From contig CALEHV010000035.1 in assembly GCA_937876465.1 (NCBI GenBank), forward strand, positions 140 through 64,139: a stretch of DNA of 64,000 nt, in the 5' to 3' direction. This DNA comes from an uncultured Bacillota bacterium. GTDB taxonomy: Bacteria; Bacillota_I; Bacilli_A; RFN20; CAG-826. Under the pieces are notes generated by a model. That model saw only the letters and a list, made by a program, of their open reading frames with translations, was not told the DNA's origin and searched no databases. Positions 1 to 9,996 of this stretch are shown here, piece after piece (position 1 is the first letter of the stretch; the number at the start of each line of letters is the position of its first letter). Both the position numbers and the translations under genes were made by a program.

Positions 1-624
1 GGAGTCTTTAATAAGATTGAATGGCAAAACCGCCATTAAACCATACGCCCATTTAATATCTTTAATAGCTGGATTTGCTGCTTGGCAAATAGCCAATAAT
101 TGTTCATCGTTTAAACCATATACAGACATATAAAAAGGAACCATTGCATAAATATTTAAAATTACTGAAATTACAACTTGGCATAATGTTCCAATTGCAA
201 TGCCAATAGCTGCACCGCTGAATCTTCTTCTATGTTTATAAAATAAAGTTGCAGGAATAATAAATGCAGCAGACAAAATGAAGTCCGTAATTTCACCAAC
301 ACATAGTGTTGAACTTAAAGGAAGTTTAATAACTGTTTTAATTAACAAAACACATATTGCTGAAAAAGGGCCATATGCAAAACCTGCAATAAAAGCAGGA
401 ATCTCATCAAAATGGAATTCTAAAAATGAAGGGAATATAGGTACAGGGAATTTTAAAACTGGTACTGCATAAAGAATTGCAGCCATTGCACCAAAAATTG
501 CGACTCTAACGATAAAGCGTGTCCAATTAATTGATTTTTTTGTAATATTTTGATCAAAAAATACTTTAACAAAGCATGTTAACCAAGCTATAACTACGAT
601 TCCTAAAATAATTACTCTAGCCAT
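1..624 (-). CDS. ribU: riboflavin ECF transporter S component RibU/FmnP (3' end lies outside the window)
   Basis: Open frame running off the window start, so it is absent from the ORF track. The ATG at 624-622 follows an FMN riboswitch. The translation MARVIILGIVVIAWL...FLEFHFDEIPAFIAGFAYGP...AVLPFNLIKDS closely resembles B. subtilis RibU (YpaA) motifs. Confidence 0.85.
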   Translation of the reverse strand, partial: MARVIILGIVVIAWLTCFVKVFFDQNITKKSINWTRFIVRVAIFGAMAAILYAVPVLKFPVPIFPSFLEFHFDEIPAFIAGFAYGPFSAICVLLIKTVIKLPLSSTLCVGEITDFILSAAFIIPATLFYKHRRRFSGAAIGIAIGTLCQVVISVILNIYAMVPFYMSVYGLNDEQLLAICQAANPAIKDIKWAYGLMAVLPFNLIKDS

Positions 625-625
625 T

Positions 626-765
626 AAAAAATACCCTTCTTCAGGGTAAACAAAATGTTTCTCTCATCCAGACTTTACTGTCGCCTCTGGAATTTAACCA
701 GATCTGCCTTTCGGCTCGCGGGGTATACCGCCGGTTAGGAATTACACCTTACCCTGAAACACAAT
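626..765 (-). promoter_or_regulatory. FMN riboswitch (RFN element) with an intrinsic-terminator expression platform
   Basis: The minus strand reads CAGGGTAAGGTGTAATTCCTAACCGGCGGTATACCCCGCGAGCC..GGTTAAATTCCAGAGGCGACAGTAAAGTCTGGATGAGAGAA, which is the conserved RFN core. It is followed by the hairpin TACCCTgaagaAGGGTA plus a T-run (about 626-650) just before the ribU ATG. Confidence 0.9.
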
Positions 766-766
766 C

Positions 767-775
767 ATTATATCA
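767..775 (-). promoter_or_regulatory. extended -10 promoter element (TGaTATAAT) for the riboswitch-ribU transcript
   Basis: The minus strand reads attgTGaTATAATgattgtgtttcaggg. No good -35 was found. Confidence 0.4.
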
Positions 776-781
776 CAATTC

Positions 782-1480
782 TTAAAGAGGTGACTTAGAA
801 ATTTCAGCAAAGTTTCTTGGATATTTGTTCTTTGTCCTAGACATCTTTTGAACAACAATCAAACTACGTTTTTCTTCGCTATTTGGTAAAACATATTTTT
901 CTATTTTTTCTATTTTCGAATCAAGAACCTTTAATGCATGTTTTGCATTGTTAATTTCTTCTTCACAATCAAATAATTTTAATGCGATTAGTTTTCCTTC
1001 AATTTTGAGTAAAGGAATAGCTAATTCGCAGAGCACATTCAATTGTGTAACAGCTCTAGCAGAAACATAATCAAAAGTCTCTCTATTTTTATAGTCTTCT
1101 GCACGTGATTGAACCACATCAATATTGTCTAAATATAATTGTTTTTTAATTTCATTTAAGAATTGAATTTTTTTGCCATTCGATTCTACTAAAGTTACTT
1201 TTAAAGACGGATTGTAAATTGCTAAAGGAATTCCAGGAAAACCAGCTCCTGTGCCTATATCACAGAGGGTTTTTCCATTAAAATCTATGAATTTTGCAGG
1301 GAAAATTGAATCTATAAAGTGTTTTAAAAGGATACCATCTTCATCTAAAATAGCGGTTAAATTAAACTTATTATTCCACTCTAAAAGAAGCGACTCATAC
1401 AAGGCAAATTTATTAACTTTTTCATCGTCTAATTTGAGTCCTATTTCTTTGATCAAATTTAATAGTTTTTCTTTATTCAT
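782..1480 (-). CDS. rsmG: 16S rRNA (guanine527-N7)-methyltransferase RsmG (GidB)
   Basis: 232-aa ORF with the SAM-binding motif DIGTGAGFPGIPLAI. It overlaps the 3' end of mnmG by 8 nt. Confidence 0.92.
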   Translation of the reverse strand: MNKEKLLNLIKEIGLKLDDEKVNKFALYESLLLEWNNKFNLTAILDEDGILLKHFIDSIFPAKFIDFNGKTLCDIGTGAGFPGIPLAIYNPSLKVTLVESNGKKIQFLNEIKKQLYLDNIDVVQSRAEDYKNRETFDYVSARAVTQLNVLCELAIPLLKIEGKLIALKLFDCEEEINNAKHALKVLDSKIEKIEKYVLPNSEEKRSLIVVQKMSRTKNKYPRNFAEISKSPL

Positions 1481-3347
1481 GTTTAACCTTTTTTAATTGC
1501 AAAATTAACATAGAAATATCACTTGGATTTACGCCAGATATACGCCCAGCTTGTCCTATTGTTAAAGGTCTAACTTTTGTTAATTTTTGACGTGCTTCAA
1601 CGGCAATTCCGTCCATATTCATATAATCAATATTTTCAGGTATTTTATACTCTTCAAATTTTGCAAAAGAATCCGCTTCTTGTTGTTCACGTTTAATATA
1701 ACCTTCAAACTTGACGCCAATTTCTAGTTGAGCAAGACCAATATAATCAAGTTTTATATCTTTTAGTTCATCGATTAAATAAACTAGATGTTCAAACTTA
1801 ACACCAGGCCTTCTAAGCAAATCAATAGCTAGAACACCACAACTTAATGGTTCAATACCTTGACTAACTAAATAATCAGTAACCTTTTTACTTGTTCCTA
1901 AATGAACAGAGTTAAGAATTTGAATTGCGCGATCAACTTCCTTATTTTTGTTGATAAATTTTTGATATCTTTCTTTTGAAATCAAACCTAATTTATATCC
2001 GTAATTTGTTAAGCGTAAATCTGCATTATCATGTCTTAATAACAAACGATATTCGGCTCTAGAAGACAAAAGCCTATAAGGCTCATTTGTTCCTTTTGTA
2101 ACAATATCGTCAATCATAACACCGATATATGCTTCGTTTCTTTTTAAAATAAATGGTTTTTTACCAAGTATATATAAAGAGGCATTAATTCCAGCCATTA
2201 AACCTAATGCTGCAGCTTCTTCGTATCCTGAAGTACCACAAATTTGTCCTGCACCATAAAGTCCTTTATATTTTTTAAATCTTAATGTTAAGTCAAATTG
2301 GAGAGGATCAACACAATCGTATTCAATCGCATAAGCGTACTTTAAGAATTCAGCATGTTCCATTCCTTTAAGTGAATGAACCATTTGTTCTTGTATATCT
2401 TCTCTCATAGCGGTTGAAAAACCTTGAACATAAATTGATTCTCCATCCCTAAATTCTGGTTCAAGGAAAAGTTGATGACGTTTCTTGTCTGTAAATGTCA
2501 TAACTTTGCTTTCAATTGATGGGCAATATCTTGGTCCAATGCCAGTTTGCAATCCGTTATATGTTGCGGTTTTATCTAAGTTACTACGAATAATGTCGTG
2601 TGTAGTTTCGTTTGTATAAATTAACCAACAAGGAATTTGTTTTTCTAATGGTAAAAAACTTGTAGTTTCGTATGAAAAAGCAAGGTTGCCTTCCATTCCT
2701 AATTCAACTTCAGCTTCTGAGAAATCAATAGAAGATTTTTTAATTCTTGGAGGGGTACCCGTTTTGAATCTAACAATATCAATACCCATCTTTTGCAAGG
2801 ATTTTGATAGGCCAATTGACGGTTTTTCGCCATCAGGCCCACCTGAAACTGCTTTATTTCCACGTAGAATTGCACCTTCCATATATGTTCCAGTTGCAAT
2901 AATTACAGCCTTCGATTTGATGAGTGTTCCATCTTCTAAAATTACGCCATCAACAACGTCGTCATGATAAGAAATTCCGGTGACTTGAGCTTCAATAATT
3001 TCGAGATTTTTAGTCTCATCCAACATTTTTTGAACTTGGGCTGGATAATATTTTTTATCTTCTTGAGCTCTTAAGCATTGAACACCAGGTCCTTTGCCGG
3101 TATTAAGCATCTTAATTTGCAAATATTCTCTATCTGCAGCAATGCCCATTACACCACCAAGCGCATCTATTTCTCTAACAACAACGCCCTTAGCAGATCC
3201 ACCAATTGATGGGTTACAAGGCATGTTGGAAATCATTTTCTTATTTAATGTTATAAGTAACGTTGAAAGACCCATGTGTGCTGCTGCACTACATGCTTCT
3301 ACACCTGCGTGTCCGCCACCAACAACAATTACATCAAAGTCTTTCAT
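1473..3347 (-). CDS. mnmG: tRNA uridine-5-carboxymethylaminomethyl modification enzyme MnmG (GidA)
   Basis: 624-aa ORF with the N-terminal FAD motif DVIVVGGGHAGVEA and a full-length GidA-like sequence. Confidence 0.95.
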   Translation of the reverse strand: MKDFDVIVVGGGHAGVEACSAAAHMGLSTLLITLNKKMISNMPCNPSIGGSAKGVVVREIDALGGVMGIAADREYLQIKMLNTGKGPGVQCLRAQEDKKYYPAQVQKMLDETKNLEIIEAQVTGISYHDDVVDGVILEDGTLIKSKAVIIATGTYMEGAILRGNKAVSGGPDGEKPSIGLSKSLQKMGIDIVRFKTGTPPRIKKSSIDFSEAEVELGMEGNLAFSYETTSFLPLEKQIPCWLIYTNETTHDIIRSNLDKTATYNGLQTGIGPRYCPSIESKVMTFTDKKRHQLFLEPEFRDGESIYVQGFSTAMREDIQEQMVHSLKGMEHAEFLKYAYAIEYDCVDPLQFDLTLRFKKYKGLYGAGQICGTSGYEEAAALGLMAGINASLYILGKKPFILKRNEAYIGVMIDDIVTKGTNEPYRLLSSRAEYRLLLRHDNADLRLTNYGYKLGLISKERYQKFINKNKEVDRAIQILNSVHLGTSKKVTDYLVSQGIEPLSCGVLAIDLLRRPGVKFEHLVYLIDELKDIKLDYIGLAQLEIGVKFEGYIKREQQEADSFAKFEEYKIPENIDYMNMDGIAVEARQKLTKVRPLTIGQAGRISGVNPSDISMLILQLKKVKHE

Positions 3348-4747
3348 TATCCTATGCTTCCATCCATATCCATTTTAATAAGTTGATTCAATTCAACTGC
3401 ATATTCCATTGGCAATTCTTTTGAGAATGGTTCAATAAATCCCATAATAATCATTTGAGTTGCGTCTTTTTTAGAAATTCCGCGAGACATTAAATAAAAT
3501 AATTGATCTTCATTAATTTTACTTACTGTTGCTTCGTGTTCAATAAATGAACTATTGTTCATAACTTGATTTGTTGGAATAGTATCAGATTTAGAAATAT
3601 CATCCAAAATTAATGTGTCACATTCAACGTGTGATTTACAGTTCAATGCATTTTTCATATGTCTAACTGTTCCACGATAATTAGCAACACCACCATTTTT
3701 AACAATTGATTTTGAAATAATAGTAGATGAAGTATTGCTTGCTAAATGAATCATTCTTGCGCCAGCATCTTGATATTGTCCCTTACCAGCAACTGCAACT
3801 GATACACAATAACCTCTAGCGCCTTCACCTGCTAAAACACATGCAGGGTATTTCATATTTGTTTGGGAACCAATATTTCCGTCTATCCATTCCATGGATC
3901 CGTTTTCCATAACCAAGGCACGTTTTGTAACTAAATTAACAATATTTGTTGACCAGTTTTGAACAGTAGAATATCTACATTTGCCGCCTGCTAAAACTAC
4001 AATTTCAACAACTGCAGCATGCAAACTGTCCTTACTATAAATAGGTGCAGTACAACCTTCAACATAGTGAACGCTTGCACCTTCATCAACAATAATTAAT
4101 GTTCTTTCAAATTGACCAGATTTTTCATTATTAATTCTAAAATAGGATTGTAATGGTTTATCTAAAACAACTCCCTTTGGGACATAAATGAAGGATCCGC
4201 CTGACCAAACAGCACTATTCAGTGCTGAAAATTTGTTATCAGCATATGGAACGACTGTATTCATATACTTTTTAACAAGTTCTGGACACATTTGAACAGC
4301 TTGATCTGTTGAAAGGAAAATAACTCCTTTATCTTCAACTTCCTTGAGCATGTTGTGATAAACAGCTTCTGATTCATATTGAGTAGTAACTCCAGACAAA
4401 TATTTTTGTTCAGCTTCAGGAATACCCAATTTTTGAAATGTATTTTTAATTGTTTCAGGAACTTGTTCCCAATCTTTTGCAACTTTTTTACTTGGTCTAA
4501 TAAAGTATGTATAAGATTGAAAATCTAATTTAGATAAATCAGGGCCAAATTTAGGCATTGGAAGTTTGCAAAAAGCATTATATGCTTTTAGTCTAAATTC
4601 AAGCATCCAATCAGGTTCATTTTTTAACTTAGAAATTTCTCGAACAATTTCTTCTGATAAACCTTTTCCAGTATCTAAAAGAGAAACATCTTCGTCTTTG
4701 AATCCGTATTTATATTCTTGTTCCTTTAATAACTCTTTTTTATCCAT
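3347..4747 (-). CDS. sufB: Fe-S cluster assembly scaffold SufB
   Basis: 466-aa ORF with typical SufB sequence (YVPKGV...[23 protein letters not shown]). Its stop overlaps the mnmG ATG (TAATG). Confidence 0.95.
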   Translation of the reverse strand: MDKKELLKEQEYKYGFKDEDVSLLDTGKGLSEEIVREISKLKNEPDWMLEFRLKAYNAFCKLPMPKFGPDLSKLDFQSYTYFIRPSKKVAKDWEQVPETIKNTFQKLGIPEAEQKYLSGVTTQYESEAVYHNMLKEVEDKGVIFLSTDQAVQMCPELVKKYMNTVVPYADNKFSALNSAVWSGGSFIYVPKGVVLDKPLQSYFRINNEKSGQFERTLIIVDEGASVHYVEGCTAPIYSKDSLHAAVVEIVVLAGGKCRYSTVQNWSTNIVNLVTKRALVMENGSMEWIDGNIGSQTNMKYPACVLAGEGARGYCVSVAVAGKGQYQDAGARMIHLASNTSSTIISKSIVKNGGVANYRGTVRHMKNALNCKSHVECDTLILDDISKSDTIPTNQVMNNSSFIEHEATVSKINEDQLFYLMSRGISKKDATQMIIMGFIEPFSKELPMEYAVELNQLIKMDMDGSIG

Positions 4748-4749
4748 AA

Positions 4750-5199
4750 TTATTTATGCTCATGATCGTGGCAGCAAACAATTTGTTCTAAGCCATCCCA
4801 ACCTATAGTTGCACATTTAATTCTTGCTGCTTGTTTTGAAGTATTCATGAAAACAATAGCTTCATCTAAAACAGATTCATCATATGGTTGTTCGTGAATC
4901 ATATTTTTATATTGTTCAACGATATACATGGCGTCTTTATAGGTTTTACCTATAACTAAGCCACACATAATATCGGTAGATGCAGTCGAAATTGTGCATG
5001 CAACACCATCAAAACAACAATCTTTAACACTACCATTTTCTTCTAAAACATAAATGATAATATCGTCAACACAGTTAGTAGAATCCATATGCACTTGCTT
5101 ATAAGTTTCAGGATTACTTGGAGTGTGTTTGTATTGAGGATTGTCGTAATGATCCATGATGATTTGTCTCATCATTTGAGGATTAATTGAAATAGGCAT
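4750..5199 (-). CDS. sufU: SufU/IscU-type sulfur acceptor for SufS
   Basis: 149-aa ORF with [12 protein letters not shown] and conserved Cys residues, in the SufU position of a Firmicute-type suf operon. The start could also be the MM pair at 5175/5172. Confidence 0.85.
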   Translation of the reverse strand: MPISINPQMMRQIIMDHYDNPQYKHTPSNPETYKQVHMDSTNCVDDIIIYVLEENGSVKDCCFDGVACTISTASTDIMCGLVIGKTYKDAMYIVEQYKNMIHEQPYDESVLDEAIVFMNTSKQAARIKCATIGWDGLEQIVCCHDHEHK

Positions 5200-6415
5200 C
5201 TAAAAAGTCACCACCATTCTTTAATGTTTCAACTAAGTAATCAATTTCTTCCTTAGTTGTATAGAAATAAAAGGAAGCTCTACATGTTGCAATCTCATTT
5301 AAGAATGTAACAAGAATTTTTGCACAATGCTGTCCAGAGCGAACAGCAATTCCTTTACTATTTAAATATGTTGCTAAATCTTGAGCAAATACACCTTTAA
5401 TATTAAATGTAATAATGCCAGCTTCAGCATTTTCGTTATAAATAACGATATTAGGAATTTCTTTGAAACGTTTAATTGCATAAGTACGAATCTCGTGTTC
5501 GTATTTATTTATATTTTCCATTCCAATATTTGTAAGATAATCTATTGCAGCTTTTAAGCCATAAATGCCTTCAATATTCATCGTGCCTGCTTCGAATTTG
5601 GTTGGTGCGTTAAGGTATTTAACATCACCGCACATATCGAATTTTGCATTCATACCACCACCAGACATTAATGGATCCATTTTTTCTAAGAGCTCATATT
5701 TTCCATACAAAACGCCAATACCAGTTGGACCACAGCATTTATGTCCAGAGAAGCTTAAAAAATCTACATCTAAATCTTTAACATTAATTTTCATGTGAGG
5801 AGTTGATTGAGCACCATCGCACATTACAAGTGCGCCATGTTTATGGGCAATACTCGCAATCTTTTTTATATCTACAACATATCCAAGAACATTTGTAACA
5901 TGCGCAATTGCGATTATTTTTGTATTTGGTGTAATAGCTTTTTCAACATTTTCTGGTGTTAATCTTCCTTCCTTATCTAAAGGTATATAACTTATTTTCG
6001 CACCAGTAATTTCACTTATTTTAAACCAAGGAAGAACATTTGATGCATGTTCAGCTTGAGTGATTAAAATTTCATCTTTTTCAGTCAAATATTTGCAACC
6101 ATAGCCATAAGCTATTAAATTAATTGACATCGAGGTTCCTGAAGTAAAAACAATTTCATTTTCATTAGCGCCTATGAAGTTTGCTAATGTTTTTCTTGCT
6201 TCTTCAACCTTTTGATCTGCATTAAAGCAAAGATCGTAATCTCCACGATGGGTGTTTGAAGTTTCTTTTGTCAAATATTCATTTATAGCATTAATAACAC
6301 AATCAGGTTTGAATGTTGTTGATGCGTTGTCCAAAAATACAAGATTGTGATTTTGCATATTAATCTTCTTTCTAAACATTGGAAAGTCTTGTCTTATTTT
6401 ATAAGGATCAAACAT
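5183..6415 (-). CDS. sufS: cysteine desulfurase SufS (class II aminotransferase)
   Basis: 410-aa ORF with the PLP-lysine region SFSGHKCCGPTGIGVLYG and the active-site loop RSGQHCA. Confidence 0.93.
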   Translation of the reverse strand: MFDPYKIRQDFPMFRKKINMQNHNLVFLDNASTTFKPDCVINAINEYLTKETSNTHRGDYDLCFNADQKVEEARKTLANFIGANENEIVFTSGTSMSINLIAYGYGCKYLTEKDEILITQAEHASNVLPWFKISEITGAKISYIPLDKEGRLTPENVEKAITPNTKIIAIAHVTNVLGYVVDIKKIASIAHKHGALVMCDGAQSTPHMKINVKDLDVDFLSFSGHKCCGPTGIGVLYGKYELLEKMDPLMSGGGMNAKFDMCGDVKYLNAPTKFEAGTMNIEGIYGLKAAIDYLTNIGMENINKYEHEIRTYAIKRFKEIPNIVIYNENAEAGIITFNIKGVFAQDLATYLNSKGIAVRSGQHCAKILVTFLNEIATCRASFYFYTTKEEIDYLVETLKNGGDFLDAYFN

Positions 6416-7116
6416 TACATTGCCTCCTTAATTGCGTTTTCAATTTTTTCTTTATTTTCATCTGAGAAATATTTGGAAATAGGTTGTAAATATCCTCTAG
6501 TAATTAATTCCCTTGCTTCATCTTTTGAAAGTCCTCTAGACATAAGATAAAACATATGGTCAGAATTAAGTTGTCCAACTACAGCTGAATGGCTTGCTTG
6601 AACATCGTTTTCGTCAATACATAAACGAGGGGATGCAACACCATTACTTTCTTTATCAAAAACAATGATTTTGGCAATCTGATTTGTAACTGATTTTTTA
6701 GCACCATTTTGGATGCGATTTTCGCCAGTAAAAATGACTCTCGATTTGTCACGTGCAACACCATAGTTATCCATCAATGCAGTTGTATGTCCAACAAGGT
6801 GATTAAAAGAGACATCAAAATTCTTCTTAAAACTTTGATTTGCAAGTGTTGCTAAATGCCACTCGCATGACGCGCCTTCTTCTATTAAATTAACATTAGA
6901 AATAAGATCAATATTGCCGTTTGAAAAATCTGCAAAAACTACGATTAAATGGCAATTATATCCAACTTTTGCAAGGAAATTTAACTTTTTATCGCTTCCT
7001 AAATTAAGCACTTTAATTGTTAAAGAAGCACCATCTAAAAGTTCCACCGAAACATCATCAATATCGGTGATTTCTAAGTCTTGATTTTGGTTAACTAATT
7101 TAATAACTTTTTCCAT
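6415..7116 (-). CDS. sufD: short SufD-like Fe-S assembly protein
   Basis: 233-aa ORF between sufC and sufS. Its C-terminal region FYLMSRGLSKDEARELITRGYL is typical of the SufB/SufD family. Confidence 0.8.
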   Translation of the reverse strand: MEKVIKLVNQNQDLEITDIDDVSVELLDGASLTIKVLNLGSDKKLNFLAKVGYNCHLIVVFADFSNGNIDLISNVNLIEEGASCEWHLATLANQSFKKNFDVSFNHLVGHTTALMDNYGVARDKSRVIFTGENRIQNGAKKSVTNQIAKIIVFDKESNGVASPRLCIDENDVQASHSAVVGQLNSDHMFYLMSRGLSKDEARELITRGYLQPISKYFSDENKEKIENAIKEAM

Positions 7117-7934
7117 TATTTTGACTTTAAAATTTCCTTAGTTGCGCATGTTCCAATTGATACGGAATTCATCTCTGTTTCCTTCTCAATTTCAATGCCT
7201 AATTCTTTACGTAACCATTCATAGCCTTGAGCATCGATTTTTTGGATCAATTCACGACCACCTTCAACTGCAACTTTTCCATTGACTAAAACTACAGCAT
7301 GGTCAACATCAATTAACTCATACAATCTAGCATAGTGAGAGACGATAACGAATCCTCTATTCTTTTGTTCTTCTTTAATAATTTTTGCAACGATTTGAAC
7401 TGCATCAACATCTAGTCCAGAATCAATTTCATCAAGCATAACAATTTGAGGATTTAGAATGAGCATTTGAAGAATTTCGTTTTTCTTCTTTTCTCCACCT
7501 GAGAAGCCTTCGTTTAAATTACGATTTGCCATTTCAAAAGGAATGTTTGTTCTTTCGTATGCATTATTAAGAAGTTTATAAAACTCAAATAAAGAAACAG
7601 GTTTTTCTCTGTGTGCATTTAAACTTGCTTTCAAAAAATCAGAGTTATTAACACCAGGAACTTCGCTTGGATATTGCATTCCAAGGAACAAACCAAGTTT
7701 GCTTCTTTCATTAACTTCGAGTTTTAAAACATCTTTTCCATCGAAAAGAATTTCACCTTCGGTTACGGTATAGTTTGGATTGCCCATGATTGTTTGGAGA
7801 AGAGTTGATTTGCCATTACCGTTTGGACCTAAAAGTGCGACCGTCTTTGACGAGTCTATTTTTAAATTTAATCCTTTTAGAATTTCTTTCTCTTTCACGT
7901 TTACGTGAAGGTTTTTAATTTCAAGTACTGACAT
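7116..7934 (-). CDS. sufC: Fe-S cluster assembly ATPase SufC
   Basis: Walker A GPNGNGKST, signature FSGGEKKKNE and Walker B MLDEIDSGLD are present. The track ORF extends to 8033, but GAAGGAG at 7950-7944 favours the ATG at 7934 (or 7940). Confidence 0.92.
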   Translation of the reverse strand: MSVLEIKNLHVNVKEKEILKGLNLKIDSSKTVALLGPNGNGKSTLLQTIMGNPNYTVTEGEILFDGKDVLKLEVNERSKLGLFLGMQYPSEVPGVNNSDFLKASLNAHREKPVSLFEFYKLLNNAYERTNIPFEMANRNLNEGFSGGEKKKNEILQMLILNPQIVMLDEIDSGLDVDAVQIVAKIIKEEQKNRGFVIVSHYARLYELIDVDHAVVLVNGKVAVEGGRELIQKIDAQGYEWLRKELGIEIEKETEMNSVSIGTCATKEILKSK

Positions 7935-7962
7935 ATGCATTTTCTCCTTCAAATCTTCACAT

Positions 7963-7991
7963 ATTCTACTCGTATAAAAATGGGGTTTCAA
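7963..7991 (-). promoter_or_regulatory. putative sigma-70 promoter of the suf-mnmG-rsmG operon
   Basis: On the minus strand, TTGAAA (7991-7986), a 17-nt spacer, then TAGAAT (7968-7963), about 25 nt upstream of the sufC RBS. Confidence 0.4.
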
Positions 7992-8166
7992 ATAAAACGA
8001 TAAGAAATCGTGCAAAGATAATTCTTTGGACACTTTTTCGTAACAAAATTAAGCCCAAAAATATAGATAAATCTATCTCAATTCGCTAAATTCTATTTGT
8101 ATTTATACAAGAGTTATTATATTATTTACTCGCTATGTTTGAAAAAGGAGGAGCACAAGGTTAATT

Positions 8167-9996
8167 ATGAAAAGATCAAAAATTACCTTAGGAATCATGA
8201 CATCATTACTTGCTTGTTCAGTTCTTGCAGGCTGTAATGGCGCAAAGTATTCCCCAGAAGGCTATATCTTAACCTATAAAGACTCTGCTGGTAACGAACA
8301 ACATTACACTGCTAAAGATTTATTCGATAGCTACTATGAAGATTCCAGCAAAGTTTCTTCAATGTTTGACAGTATTTATAAATTAATCGTCCGCAACTAC
8401 TTCACCGAAGGAAACGCCGGACATGATAAATACAATGAAATATTGAAAAACGCCAAAAATGACGTCGAAGGCGTTAAATCCAAAGCCAGCGAAAACGCTG
8501 ACGCAAACGATTCTGACTACGATACAGAATTCCATACTTTATTAGAAAGCTATTCATGTAAAGATGAAGCAGAATTGTTACAACACTTTATTTATGAAAG
8601 AGAACTTTCTGAATTCAACGAACAATTCTATTCAGATGATAATATGAAGTTCTTACGTGACCACAAAGTTGAATCCACAACTGAAGAAGATCCAGAAAGA
8701 TATGTTAAAAATTATGAAGGATATATCTCAAAGAAACTTCCATATCACGTTAGACACATTTTAGTTAAAATTGCAGATACTGGTTCAACCAATTTCTGGA
8801 ATGCAACAATTGATGAAAACGATGCTATTGAACTTTATGACGTTGTTAGATCATTAGCAGAAGGTAAGCAATCATTCGGTAAAATTGCACAACTTTACTC
8901 AGAAGATGGTTCCAAGGACAAATTCGGAGACCTTGGTATCATGGATTACGACACATCATTTGTTAACGAATTTAAATTAGGTATCTTTGCTGCAGAAAAC
9001 TTATACAATAATGCAACAAAAGAAGCCGTCAAAACTTCCCATATTTATATGGGTGATCCAACAGTAGCAGGAACAATTGCTAAACAATATTCTGATGTTG
9101 TAGGTTCATCAATCGGAAAAATCAAATATGGTTCATTCTTAAATCTATACGACACAAGAAAAACTACAAAAGATGATTTGAACCGTGATGTTAACGACGG
9201 TAATGCAAATTATTTCCCGAGAAACATTTACTTCAACAACGATATTAACTTACACTCAGTCAATGTTATCGTTCCAGAAGATGGCGATTTATGGGATACA
9301 GCAAGAACAGCAACCAACTATGCCGAACTTACAGGTTTCTCTGATCAAGGCGATGGTTTTGGAAACTGCTTGCGTACAACAGATGGACAACCAATTTTAG
9401 TTGTTCGTGCTGGTACAAGCGATTACCAAGGAATTCACTTCATTGTTGTTGAAAGAACACCTCTTGTTGATGAAACAAGCTATGTTGTTGAAGATTCCGA
9501 AGGAAACCCACACACAATTACAGTTAATAACTCCGAATATTACACAATCAAGTATCCTGGACAAGAAAACTATCCAGAACACAAAGAAGATACTGGTTTC
9601 AAAATCAATAAACAAACATACGTTAATTTCCTTAACTTAGAAACAAAAGAACTTAAATCTCGTGCCGAAACAGTTCAAAAACAAATTAAGAACTTCGATA
9701 CAGATTTGAATAAATTCATTTATCACAAATACTTAACTGAAGAGAAAATCGTCATCAAAGATGAGGCTCTCAAAGCTAAGATTGAAAAATGGATTGATGC
9801 TTCAGCAGAAGGTGCTGAATACGACAGACAACTTGCATGGGAAAAGACATGGGAAACATATCTTGATTCCTTAAAAGTTCAAAATGCTGAAAGAACAAAA
9901 GTTATTAAGAAAGCTTGTGCTATTGGCTTTATGAGCCACACAGGTGCTGATTGGCAAGAAGGAGGAGACTGCTATGACAACAAGATCCGTGGCTAA
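8167..9996 (+). CDS. PrsA-like foldase lipoprotein with a parvulin-type PPIase domain
   Basis: Signal peptide with lipobox LLACSVLAGC. The central region LPYHVRHILVK...AQLYSEDGSKDKFGDLGIMD...FVNEF matches the PpiC/parvulin pattern. Confidence 0.7.
   Translation: MKRSKITLGIMTSLLACSVLAGCNGAKYSPEGYILTYKDSAGNEQHYTAKDLFDSYYEDSSKVSSMFDSIYKLIVRNYFTEGNAGHDKYNEILKNAKNDVEGVKSKASENADANDSDYDTEFHTLLESYSCKDEAELLQHFIYERELSEFNEQFYSDDNMKFLRDHKVESTTEEDPERYVKNYEGYISKKLPYHVRHILVKIADTGSTNFWNATIDENDAIELYDVVRSLAEGKQSFGKIAQLYSEDGSKDKFGDLGIMDYDTSFVNEFKLGIFAAENLYNNATKEAVKTSHIYMGDPTVAGTIAKQYSDVVGSSIGKIKYGSFLNLYDTRKTTKDDLNRDVNDGNANYFPRNIYFNNDINLHSVNVIVPEDGDLWDTARTATNYAELTGFSDQGDGFGNCLRTTDGQPILVVRAGTSDYQGIHFIVVERTPLVDETSYVVEDSEGNPHTITVNNSEYYTIKYPGQENYPEHKEDTGFKINKQTYVNFLNLETKELKSRAETVQKQIKNFDTDLNKFIYHKYLTEEKIVIKDEALKAKIEKWIDASAEGAEYDRQLAWEKTWETYLDSLKVQNAERTKVIKKACAIGFMSHTGADWQEGGDCYDNKIRG

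Noticed and set aside
7935-8033. N-terminal extensions in the ORF track (sufC, rplM, smpB, recX, the S8 and C11 proteases, the zinc-ribbon protein, the Ser-rich lipoprotein)
   Set aside because: In each case an internal ATG with a good SD, or a canonical family N-terminus or signal peptide, is the more plausible start. The extensions begin at weak or alternative codons.
8063-8076. Palindrome ATAGATaaATCTAT (suf/lipoprotein intergenic) and TATCTATAaaTATAGATA (20845-20862, upstream of mgtC) as a shared operator
   Set aside because: The half-sites are in opposite arrangement in the two loci, and such AT palindromes are expected by chance in this composition. No regulator is linked to either.
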